Shown: positions 41,560 to 55,436, counted from the stretch's first letter. The stretch: DNA of 64,000 nucleotides from Rebecca billardiae RCC1528 (GCA_965240325.2 OZ251224.1:2108001-2172000); one strand, 5' to 3'. The notes: a model not told the origin generated them from the sequence alone. Program-made: numbers and translations.

Positions 41560-43895
41560 TCACCTTGCCACGGGCGCGGCGGCCTCCACTCCGGCGCCCG
41601 ACGTCGCGCGCGTCTCTGGCCGGTCCGCTTCGGCCGGCGGGACCACCTGTCCGCGCGAAGCGGCGCGCGGCGCGCGACACGGGGCGGTGGTCAGCCACGT
41701 GGCAGGAGGAGAGGGCGGGCGAGCGCGAGCGTGCGTACGCGCGCGCGCGACAGACAGCGCAGCGCCCGCCCCGCCGGCGAGGGCGTCCCTCCGCGCCGCG
41801 CGCACCTGCCAGAACTTGGCGACCTCGCTCTCCCAGTTGTCCAGGATGAGCTTGCCGCGCGCCGAGCCCGTCTCCTCCACGTGGGCCTGGATGAGCGCGC
41901 GCAGCTGCGCCTCCGCCTCCGGCGTGGGCAGCCGCTGCGCAGAGACGATGTCGGTGTTCAGCTTGCCGGGGATGGCGTCTGCGGCGCGGCGGGCGGCGCA
42001 CGCGGCGGCGCGCGTGATGCGAGCAGCCGGCGGTCAGCCGGCGGCGCGACGCGCAGCAGGCGGGCCGGCACGCGTCGCCGCGCGCTGCCGACGCGCGCCC
42101 TCCGCGCCCGAGCGCGCGGACGCCCGCAGCGCGCAGCGCACCCTCGGGGTCGTAGAAGTAGCCGAGTCCGCCCGTCATGCCCGCGCCGATGTTGTTCCCG
42201 GCCGAGCCGAGGACGACGACGGTGCCGGCCGTCATGTACTCGCAGCAGTGGTCGCCCGCGCCCTCGATCACGGCATCCGTGCCTGCGCGCGAGGGCGAGG
42301 GGCGGGCGGTTGCGGGCGGTGAGCGGGGCGCGTCGCGCGCGGGCGCGCGCGCGCGCGCGCGCGCCGGCTGCACGGCCGGAGCGCACTGCCGCCGCCGCCG
42401 CCGTCGCCGCCGCGGCCGCGCGCGCCGTACCGGAGTTGCGGACGGCGAAGCGCTCGCCCGCGCGGCCGCACGCGAAGAGCTGACCCCCGGTCGCGCCGTA
42501 CAGGCACGTGTTCCCGATGATCGCCGACTCGGTCGGGTCGTACGGCGCGCCCTCGGGCGGGCAGACCGTGATCTTGCCGCCGTGCATGCCCTTGCCCACG
42601 TAGTCGTTAGACTCGCCGTCAATGCGCAGGTTCACACCCGGCAGGAGGAAGGCGCCGAGCGACTGGCCGGCCGCGCCGCGGAGCGTGAGGTCGAGCGTGC
42701 CCTTGAACCCCTTGTCCCCGTGCCGCTTCGCGATGTGCCCGGAGAGCCGCGTGCCCACCGAGCGGTCGGTGTTCTTCACCTCGACCTCGAGCGATGCCGC
42801 ACCCGAGCCACTCTCCACGACGGCCTTCACGGCGGCGTTCCCGAGGAAGTCGTCGTCGAGGACGGCGCCGTTGCCGTGCGGCGTGGAGCGGATCGGCGCG
42901 GGCTCGGGCGCGGGCGGGAGCGACATCAGGTACGACAGGTCGAGGCCGCGCGTCTTCGCCAGGTTCGAGCCCTCGCGGTGCTTGAGCAGGTCCGCGCGGC
43001 CGACGAGCTCGCGCAGCGTCTTGTACCCGAGCTGCGCGAGCGTGTGCCGAACCTCCTCGCCGACGAGTTTGAAGAAGGCCTCGACGCCGCCCGGCGTGCC
43101 GCTGAAGCGCTTGCGGAGGTCGACGTTCTGCGTGGTCACGCCCACCGGGCACTTGTTCGTGTGGCAGATCCGCGCCATGATGCACCCCTCCGCAATCATC
43201 ACGATGGTGCCGAAGCCGTACTCATCCGCGCCGAGCAGCGCCGCCTGCACGACGTCGTAGCCCGTCTTGAGGCCGCCGTCGACGCGCAGCGTGACGCGGT
43301 CGCGCAGGCCGTTCTCGATGAGCATCGAGTGGACCTCCGCGAGGCCGAGCTCCCACGGCGAGCCGGCGTGCTTGATCGACGAGAGCGGCGAGGCGCCCGT
43401 GCCGCCATCGTGGCCTGAGATCTGAATCACGTCCGCGTTCGCCTTGGCCACGCCCGCCGCGACCGTGCCAATCCCGACCTCGGAGACGAGCTTGACCGAG
43501 ACCTGCGCGCCCTGGTTGATCTCGTGCAGGTCGTAGATGAGCTGCGCGAGGTCCTCGATCGAGTAGATGTCGTGGTGCGGCGGCGGCGAGATCAGCGTGA
43601 TCCCCTCCTTCGAGTTGCGCAGCCGCGCGATGTACGAGTCAACCTTGGTGCCCGGCAGCTGACCGCCCTCGCCCGGCTTGGCTCCCTGCGCCATCTTGAT
43701 CTCGAGCTGCTGCGCGTTGGCGAGGTAGCCCGCGGTGACGCCGAAGCGGCCCGAGGCGACCTGCTTGATGGCGGAGGAGGCGAGGTCGCCGTTGCGCAGC
43801 CCGCTCAGGTGCGGGAACGACGCCGAGACCCCCGTCGACTCGTCGACGTCGGTGATTGGCTGGAAGCGCAGGGAGTCCTCGCCGCCCTCGCCCGA

Positions 43896-43927
<32 letters not shown>

Positions 43928-46895
43928 CGGCGATGGTCTCGTGCGCCTCGCGCGAGAGCGCGCCGAGGGACATCGCGCCGGAGCAGAAGGTCTTCATGAT
44001 CTCCTCCACCGGCTCGACCTCCTCCAGCGGGATCGGCGAGCGGTCCGACTTGACCTCGAGCAGGTCGCGCAGCGAGGTCGGCGGCTTGTTCTTGACGGAC
44101 TCGGCAAAGAGCGCGTACTTGTCGTATGCGTCGCCCTTGGACGCGGCCTCGAGCGCGGAGTGGAGCATCTTGGTGAGCGGCGGCGAGTTGTGGTGGTGCT
44201 CGCGCCCGTTGTAGTACTTGACGAACCCGTAGTTCTCCAGCTTGGTCGGCGCCGAGTCCTCGCCGAACGCCTTGCGGTGGAACATGCGGCACTCCTCCTC
44301 AATCTCTGCGAGTGAGAGACCGCCGAGCCGCGACGGCGTGCCGCGCAGCGCGAGCTGGATGACCTCGTCCGAGACGCCGATGGCCTCGAAGATCTGCGCG
44401 CCGTGGTACGAGGAGAGGAGCGAGATGCCGATCTTCGAGAGGATCTTGAGCAGCCCCGCCTCGAGCGCGGCGCGGTAGTTCGCCAGCGCCGCGTCGACCG
44501 AGTCGGCGCCGCGGAGCGCGCCGGACGAGCGCGCCTGCACCGTCTTGGGCGAGTGCCACCAGTTAATCACCGACTCGTACGCGAGGTACGGGTGGACGGC
44601 GGAGGCGCCGTAGCCGACGAGGCACGCGACGTGGTGCGTGGACCACGCCTGCGCCGTCTGCACCACGAGCGACGCGCGCGTGCGCAGCGCCTTCGCGAGC
44701 AGGTGGTGGTGCACCGTGCCGGTTGCGAGCAGCGGCGGGATGAAGAGATCAGACTTGGTCGCGGCCGGGCCGGGCGAGCGCGCGCCGAGCGCGTCGGGCT
44801 TGTCGGTGAGGATGACGAGCTGCGCGCCGGCGTTGACCGCGTCGACGGCCTCGGCGCACACCCGCTCGAGCGCGCCCTGCAGCCCGCCCTCGTCCGCCAC
44901 CGCGTACACCGTCGAGATGCGCGCGATCTTGAGGCCGGTCGCCGCCATCTCGTCAAGCTCTGCAAAGTTGATCACCGGAGAGTCGAGCGTGAGCTGCGAG
45001 AGCCCGGCGGCGGAGGGGGCGTGCGCGTCCTCGTCGGCGAGGACGTTGCGCTTCGAGCCGAGCGTCATCTTGAGGCTCATCACCAGCCCCTCGCGGATCG
45101 GGTCGATCGGCGGGTTCGTCACCTGCGCGAAGCGCTGCTTGAGATAGTCGTAGAGCATATGCGGCTTGTCCGACATGCACGCGAGCGGCGCGTCGTCGCC
45201 CATGCAGAACGTGGTCTCCTTGGCGGTGGAGGCCATGTCGGCGATGCCCATCCCGACGTCCTCGAGCGACCAGCCGAACGCCGTCCACGCGAGCAGCAGC
45301 TCCTCCTCGCTCATCGCCGACTCGCCGACGAACGGCCTCTGCGCGACGACGGACGTCGTCTTGTGCAGCATGGAGGCATAGTCGGCGCGCTTGGCGACCA
45401 TCGGCTTCACCTCGTAGTTGTGGAAGAACTCGCCGGTGGAGAGCTTGAGCGCGATCATCTGGCCGGGGCCGAGGCGGCCCTTCTCGATGATGCTCGACTC
45501 GGGCACCGGCACCGCGCCCGTCTCCGACATCATGCACACCAGCCCGTCGTTGGTGCGCAGGAAGCGCGCGGGCCGCAGCCCGTTGCGGTCGAGCGTCGAG
45601 CCAATCCACTTGCCGTCCGAGAAGACGAGGAGGGCGGGGCCGTCCCACGACTCCTGGAAGAGCGCGTGGTACTTGTAGAAGTCGGAGACGCCCTCCCACC
45701 GCGGCTCGTCCAGCTCCGCGTTCGACTCGTACGCCTCGGGCACGAGCACCATCAGCGCCTCTGGCAGGTCACGCGCCGGCTGGCGCGCAAGCAGCTCGGC
45801 CGCGCCGTCGAGGTTGGCAGAGTCGGAGCGCGCGCGGTCGACGAGCGGCGAGCGGAGCGCCTCGTCCTCGTTGCCCTCCTTGAGCGCGCGCTCGCGCGCG
45901 CGCATCCAGTTCAGGTTGCCCAGCAGCGTGTTGATCTCGCCGTTGTGCCCGAGCACGCGCATCGGCTGCGCGAGCGACCAGCGCGGCAGCGTGTTGGTCG
46001 AGAAGCGCCGGTGGTACACCGCAAACGAAGACTCGTACGCCGGGTTCTGCAGGTCGAGGTAGAAGCGGTCGAGGACGGCGGAGCGCACCATGCCCTTGTA
46101 CACGACGGTGCGCGCCGAGCACGACGCGATGTACGGCTCGCCCAAGAACGCCTGCTCCTTCGCCGCCGTGCGCACGCGCGCCTCCGCGCGCCGCCGCACT
46201 TCGTACAGCTTGTCGTCGAGAGCAGAGACGCCGAGCTCGGTCGGCGCGCCGATGATGATCTGCTCGATGCGCGGCACGTTGGCGGCGGCCATCGGCGCGA
46301 GCACCTCGTTCGCCACCGGCACCTCGCGCCAGCCCGCCACGCCCAGCCCCTGGTCGCGCACCGTCGCCTCGATCAGCTCGCGCGACGTCGCCGCCTCCTT
46401 CTCGTCCTGCGGCAGAAAGATCATCCCGAGCCCGCGCGGCTCGCCGGCGGAGGCGTCGAGCTGCGCGCCCGCGAGCACGACGTTCCACGGGATCGCGGTC
46501 ATCAGACCCGCCCCGTCGCCCGAGTCGCCGTCCGCCGAGCAGCCGCCGCGGTGCTCCATGCACGAGAGCGCGGTGAGCGCGTACTCGACGATGCGCCGGC
46601 TCGACTCGCCCTTCTCCGACGCGAGGAAGCCGACGCCACACGCGTCGCGCTCCTCGGTGAGCGCGTGGAGGGGCTGGCTGTGCCACTCGGCGTCCTCGTA
46701 CAGGTCGACCGACGGCCGGCCCGCGCGCGAGGCGACCGCCGTCACGTGCGCGCGCGCCGGCGCGAACGCACCACGCGGTGCGCGCGCGGCGCGCGCGCGC
46801 CCCGCGGCCGGTTTCGGCTGGGCGACGCGGAACGCGGCGGCGTGGGCGACGAGTGCGACGAGCACAAGCACCCCGGAGGCGACCTGACGCGGCAT
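41560..46895 (-). CDS. gltB: Ferredoxin-dependent glutamate synthase (Fd-GOGAT), plastid-targeted
   Basis: Mature N-terminus ERDA|[71 protein letters not shown], and 3Fe-4S motif [15 protein letters not shown]. The GXGXG domain is completed by introns 42430-42283, 42141-41979 and 41805-41647. Presequence is a signal peptide ending AAA-F plus a transit peptide. Confidence 0.97.
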
Positions 46896-47219
46896 GGCGT
46901 GCGCTCCGGTAGACCGCGCCGTCCGGTGGGTAATGACCGGCAGCCTGCTGGGACGGCGGTGCTTCGACGCCCCTTCACGACTTCACGTGCCTCAGCGCCA
47001 CGCAGACCATCGCGCACGCCGATTCGCCGGAGTGTTCGGCGAGGGCTGAGCTTTGGGGGAGCCCGTGCGCGAAAAGTCCGGCGCAGGTCTGCACGCCGAA
47101 CGGGGCGCGGAACGGCGAGAGCACGCGGCCCGAACTCTGAATTTCAGAATTTGCGCTCGTAGTCCGGGTGTTCACGCCCGGCCCCGGACTGCGCAGGCGT
47201 TTAAAGCCGTACGGTACGG

Positions 47220-49889
47220 ATGGCGGCTGTGGTGAGCAGCGGCAGCGGGAGTGCCTTCCAACCGGCCGACCGACGAGCCATGCAGCCAGGTCCCGGCCGC
47301 ATCGGCGCTGCCGGCGGGCCTTCGGGTGGCGTCAATCAGCGCGTCATCGCCGCGCGGCGCATCCAGTCCCAACATCGCGGGCGCAAGACGCGGTATGCCC
47401 CGCGCGCGCGCGCGCGCGCGTGCGCACACCGCAGCCAACGCGATGGCAGCCGAACGTGCGACGGCAGCTCGCCCGCGGGCAGTGGGCGGGGCCAATGCCC
47501 CCGTGCCCTGCGCCGCGCTCATTACGCCGGCGTCCTCGCCCTGTGCATCCCCCCCGCGCCGCACCACCCGCCCTCCCCTCCTCTCCCGCGCCCGCAGCAA
47601 GGACCTCACTCGGCTCAGGGGCCTTCACTCTGAGCTGCTCGGGCTGTATGCCATGCAGATTCAGGCCGTGGTCCGGGGCAAGCTCGCGCGGGACCAGGTG
47701 CACGGGCGGCCGCGCCGCTCCACGCGCCGCCAGCCCAAGCCGCGGCCCGCCGCGCTCGAGCCGCCGAGCGCGCGCGCGTCGCGACTCGCCACGCCAGAGG
47801 CTTCGCCGGCGGTGCGCGCGCGCGGCGGCGCGGCGTCAGCGCGGCCGTCGGCGCAGCCGTCGCTCCGGGCGTCGGCGCAGCCCTCGCCGAAGGCGTCAGC
47901 GCAGCCGTCGCTCAAGCCCTCCCTCCAGCCCTCGCCGCAGCCCTCGCCCCAGCGCTCGGACGCGCGCTCGGACGCCCTCCCGCCCGTCCCCTCTGCAAAC
48001 AGCGCCGCCACGGCCATCCAGGCAGGCTTTCGTGCGCGCACGGCGCGAGCCGAGTCGGCGCGGCGGCGCGAGGTGGCGGCGGCGCGGCGCGAGGAGGAGC
48101 GGCAGCGGCGCGAGCTCGAGCGGCAGCAGCGCGAGGCCGCGGCCGCCGTCGAGATCCAGCGCCACTCGCGCGCGACGAGCAGCCGGCGCCAAGCCGAGCG
48201 CGCGCGCGGCGCGCGCGCGCGCGAGCGCGAGCGCGAGCGCGCGGCGGCGCAGATTCAGACGCGGCAGCGCGGCCGGCGCGCGCGCGCGCACGTGCGCACG
48301 CGGCGCGAGCAGCGCGCCGAGGCGGAGCGGCGCGAGCGCGAGTCGAGCGCCGCCGCGGCGATCCAGAGCCGCGTGCGCGGCAGGCAGACTCGGCGGCGCG
48401 CGAGCTCGCAGCCGGGCGCGCGCCGCGCCGCGGCCGCCCGGCACCGCTCGCCTGTCGCGGAGCGCGTGAGGCGCGAGGCAGCGGTCCGAGCGGCGCTTGA
48501 CGCGCGCGCGCGCGCGCTGCGCGACGACGTGGACGCGCCTGCGGACGGCGGGGCGTGGCTTGCCCGCGAGGACGACGCCGCCGCCGAGCCCCTCGCCGGC
48601 GCGGCCGACTCCATCTACGTGCCCCCCCTGGCAATGCGCCACCCTCACCTGTACTCGGCGCACGCGCGGCGCGCAAGCGCGGCCGGCGGCGGCGCGCGCA
48701 CGCTGAGCGGCGCGCACCCGCTGCCGCCGCGCTCCGCGGGGGACGGCGGCGCGCTGGGCGGTGCGGGCTGGGCCCCGGCCGAGCCGCCGGACACGGCGGA
48801 CTCCGCGCCGCCCGCCTATCGCTCCCGCGCTGACCTGCTGCTCAGCACCTGCCCCTCACTCGGAGCGCCGACCGACACGCGCTCGAGCGTGGTTGGCGGT
48901 GCGCGCCCGCTCAGCGGCGGCAGCGGCGTGGGCGGCGCGGGCGCGCGGCCGGACTCGATCGGCGTCTCCTCGTGCGGCGGCGGCGGCGGCGGGGGCATCG
49001 ACGAGCTGGGCGCCACGGGCAGCAGCTGGACGACCGCGACGCCGCACCCCGCTGCATACGGCACGAGCGCCGGCCTCGGCACCACCGGCAGAAGCGCCGA
49101 CGGTGCCGGTCGGCCGCCGGAGCCGCCGCGCGCCGCTGAGGCCGCCGCCGCGCAGCGCGGGAGCGCCGGGGCGGGCTCGCTGCACGCCGTGGTCGCGCTG
49201 CAGCGCGCGCAGGCCGAGATCCTCGGCGCGCTGCCCGCGCGCGACGCCATCCGCCTCGAGCACCTCCAGCGGCGCAAGGACGACGCCATGCTCAGGTAGG
49301 ATTGGGCTGGGCGGTTCGATCGAGCGCCCGCGCCGCGCCGGCGCGCGCGCCGCGCTGCGCTGCTCTGCGCGCGCCGCGCCACGGCTGAGCGCGCCGCGCG
49401 CGCGCCACCCGCCCGCCCGTCGGCCCGCGCCCGCCCGCTCGCTCGGCGCGCGCCGCTCGCAGCTACCTCCGCGAGCGCGTCTCCTTCGACTCCGCGCGCG
49501 AGCTGCTCGGCATGGCAGACGCAGACCCGGACCCGTATGCGCGGCACGTGCACCAGGCGTCGCACGCGCGCGCCGAGCTCGCGCTGCTCGGGGCGCACGT
49601 GGAGGCGGCGCGCCGGCAGTACGCGAGCGCGCTCGAGCAGCTGTCCATCGAGGCGGCGATCGCCCTGCCGCCCTCTGAGCTCCAGCGGCTGCACGATCTG
49701 AACGCGGAGCTCGAGCGCGCGCTGCGCGTCGGGCTTGCGGCGCAGGAGGCCAGTCGGCCGAGCCGCCAGGGTGAGGGTAGCGGCGCAGACGCCGCCGCGG
49801 GTATGCTGGGTCGGCATGCGGCGCCCGTGCTGGCCGGCGACGCGGCGGCAGCCTCGTCGGACGAGAGCGCCGTGTGCTCGCTGCAGTGA
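47220..49889 (+). CDS. IQ-motif (calmodulin-binding) low-complexity protein
   Basis: About six IQxxxRGxxxR-type motifs (IQSQHRGRKTR, IQAVVRGKLAR, IQAGFRARTAR, IQTRQRGRRAR, IQSRVRGRQTR). Predicted introns 47393-47597 and 49296-49462 keep frame. Confidence 0.8.
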
Positions 49890-50349
49890 TCAACAAGCTT
49901 CGTCGCCGCCTCCGGGCTTTGGACGATGCTTCGAAATCAAGGCGCGTGGCACCTGACGGCCTGACGCTTGCCGCTGCCGGCCGCGTCGGTACGCAGCGTC
50001 GTGTCGCCAACGACACGCCCCGAACGGCGAACGGGAATCGACGACGCATGTTACCACTACCAGACGGGAATCGTGGTATCGCATATGCATACGGGGCTCA
50101 CAGTCTCGGTCAGCGGAAGATTTCTCATTTTCACACTGAAATTAAGTGAAATTCAATATTATTTCATTCGTCATCGTGCGCACTCGGCAGCACTGCTGCA
50201 TGATCGATCTATACTAAATTACGTCATACGGTCCTACTGAGCTGTGGCGACCGGTCGTCGTCAATCCATCCGCCTGTTGCAGCCACAAAGTTGGCCGCAG
50301 ATGTCGGTGTCGGTGACCCAATGATATGATCCGCCGACAAATTGTTGGC

Positions 50350-50928
50350 TCACTTTGTTGCCGCATCTGTCGCCTCGACGGTCGGGTCCACGTTGTTATA
50401 CCTCGCAAAGAGGTTCTGTGGGTGCGCCATCGCCTTGAACTCCAGATTGTTGCCCGACGGGTCTTTGAAGAACATGGTGTACTGCTCGCCGGGCTGTCCC
50501 TCGAAGCGCAGGCATGGCTCGATGATGAATCGCACGCCAGCTGCGCGCACGCGATCGGCGAGCGCCCGCCACTGATCCTTCGTCAACGCTAGGCCGAAGT
50601 GCGGCACGGGCACCTCGTCGCCGTCGACGGGGTTGTAGTAGTCGACGCAGCGGTACTCATCGCCCACCCAATGAGCCACGATCTGGTGCCCGTGCAGCGC
50701 AAAGTCGATCCATCGCGTCGAGGATCGCCCTTCCTCGCAGCCGAGCACGCCGCCATAAAAGTCGCGCGCAGCGTCGAGCGAGTGGACCGGGAAGGCGTGG
50801 TGGAAAGGGCTGCCCGGCGCGGGACCAGCGTCGCACTCAAACGCGACCGTTGACGCGCGACGGAGCGCCAGTCCGCGCGTGGCCAGCGGCAAGCACCGCG
50901 TCAAGCCCCGGGTGGCGAAGAGCGCCAT
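50350..50928 (-). CDS. VOC/glyoxalase-bleomycin-resistance family protein with probable mitochondrial presequence
   Basis: PFHHAFPVHSLDAARDFYGGVLGCEEGRS, HQIVAH, VPVPHFG, TMFFKDPSGNNLEFKA. Arg/Ala/Leu-rich N-terminus. Confidence 0.92.
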   Translation of the reverse strand: MALFATRGLTRCLPLATRGLALRRASTVAFECDAGPAPGSPFHHAFPVHSLDAARDFYGGVLGCEEGRSSTRWIDFALHGHQIVAHWVGDEYRCVDYYNPVDGDEVPVPHFGLALTKDQWRALADRVRAAGVRFIIEPCLRFEGQPGEQYTMFFKDPSGNNLEFKAMAHPQNLFARYNNVDPTVEATDAATK

Positions 50929-51134
50929 CGCTGAGAATGAGAGAATCTAGCCTTCCGCGCGAGCGCCGTGTCCGGCTTTGGCGCCGGACTCGCACAGCTG
51001 ACGGGCACAGCAAGCAGCTTTCAAGCAGCTGCCACCTGCACGAGCAGGCTGCTTGGCAGGCACTTGGACTTGGCAGCGGCTGGCCAGCGGCCGTGCACCT
51101 GGCCGGCCCCGAGCGGCGGGTGGACCGCGCGAGC

Positions 51135-53565
51135 ATGGCGCTCAACTCGATGCAGGTATGAAGCGTGTGACCCGCCGAGCCCGCGCCGTCGAGCCCGATG
51201 CCCGCCGACTCTCACGCGCGCGCGCGGGTCTCCCGCACCCGTCCTCGTCATCAGCGCCATGTGCACAGGGCGCTCAGCAGCTGGCAGCTCACTGAGGGCA
51301 CGACGAGCGTCTCGCAGCGCGTGCTCCCCGACGTGCTCATATTAGAGCTCACGCGCCAGCTGCCCACCACCCTGCACGAGGTGCGCATGCCTTCGCCGCG
51401 ACCACGATTTGCGCATGCGCACCGCCGCCCTCATCCGTGCCACCTGCGTGTGCGGCCGCGCGCGCGCGCAGGTGGAGGCGATCTGTGCGCACATCCCGTC
51501 GCCGGTGGCGCCAGCCTTGTTGTTACGTGTCGTGACGGACGCCATCGGGGAGGCCTCGCGCATGGCCTCGACCGCGCACCAGCCCGTCGCGCCGCCGCTG
51601 CAGCCGCACATGCACATGCGGCAGCCACAGCCGCTGCACTCTCAGCCGCAGCCGCAGCCGCAGCCGCACTCTCAGCCGCAGCCGCAGCCGCCGCGCTTCG
51701 GCCCGATTGAAGGCGCCGCTCGCGCCGGCGGGAAGAGCGCAGCAGCCACGCACGACACGCTCTCGCCCTTCTACGTGCCGCCGCCCTCGCCCTCGCCCTC
51801 GCCTGTGCTCGCGCAGGAAGCGCTGTACAGCGCGGCCGGCTGGCTCAGCGACGAGCCGCGCGGAGCGGGGGGCGGGTGTGGCGCGCAGCCGATGCAGGGC
51901 GGCGGCGGTGTGATGAGTGCGTCGGGCGCCGGCGCCGAGCCCACGAGCGAGAGCGGCTCCGCGCTCGGCTCGCTCACCGTCTCGCCCACGCCGCTCTCGT
52001 CCGACGACGATGGCGAGGCCTGCGGCGGCGGCGGCGGCGAGCGCGGGGCCGGCAGCGATGACGACGCGAAGGACGAGCTGGTCTCGCTCCGCATGGCCGC
52101 GCTCGTGTCGCACTCCATCGGTCTGGAGCCCGTCACCGCTCTCTCGCCCTCTCGGCTGCCCATCGATCCGACGAGCGCCACGCACCGCGGCGGCGGCGGC
52201 GGCGGCGGCCTTGGGCAGGCGGCAGCGGATTCAGACGCGCGCGAAGCTGGTGAGGGGCCCGCGAGCCGATCAGCGAGCGTGCCGTGCTCGCTCGCCGAGA
52301 TCTACCGGCTGTCCAACCTGAACAAGCGGCGCAACAAGCAGCGCAAACGGCTCAAGTCGCTCCTGTCCTCAGCGACAGCCGACGAGTCGGAGGGGGGCGG
52401 CGGTGCCGAGGGTGCGCCCGAAGCAGACTCGGGCGCGGAGGAGGAGGCAGGCGGTGAGTTGTTCGGGGAGCGCGCTGGCGGTCCGGGCGCGGAGGGCGGC
52501 TCGGCCGAAGCCGGCGACGAGCGGGGCGGCGGCGCGGCGCGGCGCGCGGCAGGCCGCGTCGCGCCCGGCGCGGCAAGCGGCGCGCCTCCGCCCGAGCTCG
52601 AGGACCCGATGTGCTTCATGCAACGGATCGGGTGGCTTGCGCAGCAGCAGCAGCAGCAGCAGCAGCATGGCGGCGCGGGTGGGTTGGACGCGCTGGCGGG
52701 GGTGGGCATGGGGCCCACGACGGGCGGCACGGCCTTCGGCGAGCTCGGTGGCGCAGCGAGCGGGGCGGAGGGCGGAGGTCCGCCCGGTGCCGCTGCTGCC
52801 GGCATTGGCGCACGCGAGCGGGGCGCGCCACAGCCGCAGATGCCTGCCGCGGCCGCGGCGACGGCGGTGGGCGGCGGCGCAGCAGCAGCCGCAGCAGGAG
52901 GCAGCGCATCTGGCGCCAGCGGCGGGCCGGGCGGTCTGGGCGGGTCGAGCTCGTCGCAGCGCAGCCGCGGCAAGCATCGCAGCTCGAAGCGCGCAGCACC
53001 ACACACGCCCGGCGCCGGCGGCAGTGGGGCCGGCGGTGGCGGCCAGCCTGTCGGCAGGGCAGTCGGTGCGGGCGGCAGCGCCGGCGCCTACGGCGTGTCG
53101 ACACTGAACGGGGCATCGACGCTCAGCGCTGGTGGCGGCGGGGGGGGCGGCCCGCCGGCCCGCAGCCAGCCGCCCCGCAGCAGCCAGCAGCACATGGGCA
53201 TGGCGCCGCCCATGCCCGGCCAGGCAGGCGGCGCGGTCGGTGCAGCGCCTGGAATGGTGCCGGCTACTGCCTGGGGGGCCGCGCCACTCGCGTGCGGCGC
53301 GGCCGCGATGGGCGTGCCGCCCGCGCAGTCGGGGAGCAGCTGCATGGGCAGCGGCACGGGCTCGCACCCGCCATCACGGCGGCGCAAGCCCGCCTCGCAG
53401 CCGACGTCGGGCGTCGCGCCCCCACGCTCGCAGTCCCAGCACGCCAGCGGGCTCGCTGGTCCGCCACACGGCCCGCCGTTGCGCGCCGCCGGCGGACCAA
53501 GCCAATGGCCGCTGCCTGGAGCCGGCGTGGCATCGCATGCGCAGCAGAACAACCAGCAGCGCTGA
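51135..53565 (+). CDS. Protein with N-terminal HRDC-like domain and long Gly/Ala/Gln-rich disordered tail
   Basis: Predicted introns 51156-51254 and 51381-51471 give MALNSMQRHVHRALSSWQ...QRVLPDVLILELTRQLPTTLHEVEAICAHIPSPV, resembling the RRP6-type HRDC pattern. Basic NLS-like KRRNKQRKRLK. Confidence 0.6.
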
Positions 53566-55436
53566 CAATACAGAGTACAGTTACTCATCACGCGGGCGGT
53601 TTAATTAATCGAATTTAGCGGTTTTTTTTTCAAACAGTGGCCACGTCACGGCGAGGGCTCCGCGGCTGACCGCGCACCCGGCTGGCCGGCTGCCGCCGGG
53701 GCCCGCGGGCGCTCGGCCGGGCCGGGGCCCGCAGTGTGAGTGCGGCGGCGCCGAGTGGCACTCCCGACGCGGCCCCGGGGCGGCTGCCACGCGGCCCGCC
53801 CACCACGCACGCGTCCTTGCTGCGCGAGAAGGCATGCCAGCTGCGGTCATTCGACTTGTGCCGCCCGGGGTAAACCGTGGGTCAACTAGCCAAAGTGCAC
53901 GAGCCGCGAGCGGACCGGGAGGTCCCCGCGTGATGATGCGCGATGGCACCATCCGTAGGCCACCCGCATCCGGCGGCAGCCGGGATCGAGATATGGAATC
54001 CGGAGCAGGTCTGCACTCTACTAAAGCGCGACTCGCTCGCTCGGGCGTCTGGGACCGCCAGATTTCAGACTTTTGGCCCCGCTAAGTACCAGATCGAAAT
54101 CTGCCGCGCTCCGGACTGTCTGTGTCCGGACTGTGGTTGGGCGCGACGAACGCAAAGCGATGGCGGGCGAGTGCCTCGACGCCCCGCGCGCTCAACCTTT
54201 GGGTGATGGTGTGCTCGCGACGTCGGCGTTGTCGGGGCGGTCGAGCCGGCGGGCGCAGGGAGGCCGTCAAAGTCGACGAGCGTTCGCTCGCGCGACGCGG
54301 CCGCGGGCGTTCGGATGGTCCGGCCAGCACTCGTCCCAGCGCTGCGGCGTGTCGTCGTCCCGGTCGGCGTCGGCAGCGGCCGGCCCGCCGCAGAGCACGG
54401 CCAGCTCGGCAGGGACATGCACTGCTCCATGATCGTCCAGCTGGCATCAAACCGTCTCGCTGCACATCGGCTGATGTTCGCCTCGGATGCGGGCCGCGCG
54501 CCGCCGTCGTGCTCGCCCTTCGGCTGCCGGCAAGACAGGGACGATGGCAGCTCAGCATGAGATGACGTGATGACGCCGCAGCTCGAGCACGTGCAGGGCG
54601 CGCGGGTGGCTTGCCAACCGAGTGCTATGACCGGCGTTGGCCTTGCTGCCAGCTGCATTATCTATGACAACGCGCCAACCTCGAGCGCATGGTCGCGCGG
54701 GGCCGAACAACACTTTGCAGCACTCTTCCAAGCCGCCTCACAGCCGGTCAATGCCGAGCCGCTGCTACCGGCGGCCCGCGACACGACTGCCAGGCGAGCA
54801 GGGCTCCGAGGTGTCCTTGACCTTGACCTTGTCAGTCACAGTGCGGTGGTCGGCCCGCATGATCCTTTGCCCGAAGGTCCTGGCGCCCCAACCCGGGACG
54901 AGTGGGGCCGAATTCAACACTTTTCGCAGCACTCTTCCGCGGCTGCGCGCCTCCGAGCCGTCCCGGCCACGCAGCGCCCGGCACGACCGCCGGGACTGAG
55001 ACAGGTCGAGTGATGACCGTCAGACTTGACAGACTTGACTGCCACGGGCGGGGCTCCGAGCCTTGTCCCTGTCAATGCGGTGGTGCCCGCATGATCCTTT
55101 GCCCGATGGTCCGGCCGCGCCCGCCCGGGACGAGCGGGGCCGAACAACCTAGTATCCTGCTAATAATACGTGTGCCTTCCCGCGAAACGAGTACCGTACT
55201 GCTGCACCACATTTGTACATTGACGCTGAAGTCATGACCGAAATACTAAAGCACATATGGATCCGCCGTCATCATCATCCGTCGTCATCGGCCGTCACCC
55301 GGTCATCGTCGAATCAAATTGCTTGGACGGAGGTACTGCACGAGCGGCGGTACCCGCGCGCGCGTCATCCGCGTCTCGTCATCAAGCTCCGCCCTCGGCC
55401 CTCTCCCCGACCCCCCGACCCGCACGCACCACCGCG

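Noticed and set aside
44403-47162. 919-aa ORF and similar long ORFs antisense to the Sec7 and GOGAT genes
   Set aside because: These are shadow ORFs caused by very high GC3 codon usage in the real gene.
53620-55150. Gene or defined transposon in the tract with ~65-bp direct repeats (~54843 and ~55077)
   Set aside because: The repeats are real, but I found no termini, TSD or credible ORF.
55191-55353. Five GTAC cores upstream of His-peptide copy 1 as copper/zinc-response elements
   Set aside because: The GTAC/CRR1 (SBP-domain) system is established for green algae and plants only. The motif is 4 bp and is not seen upstream of copy 2.
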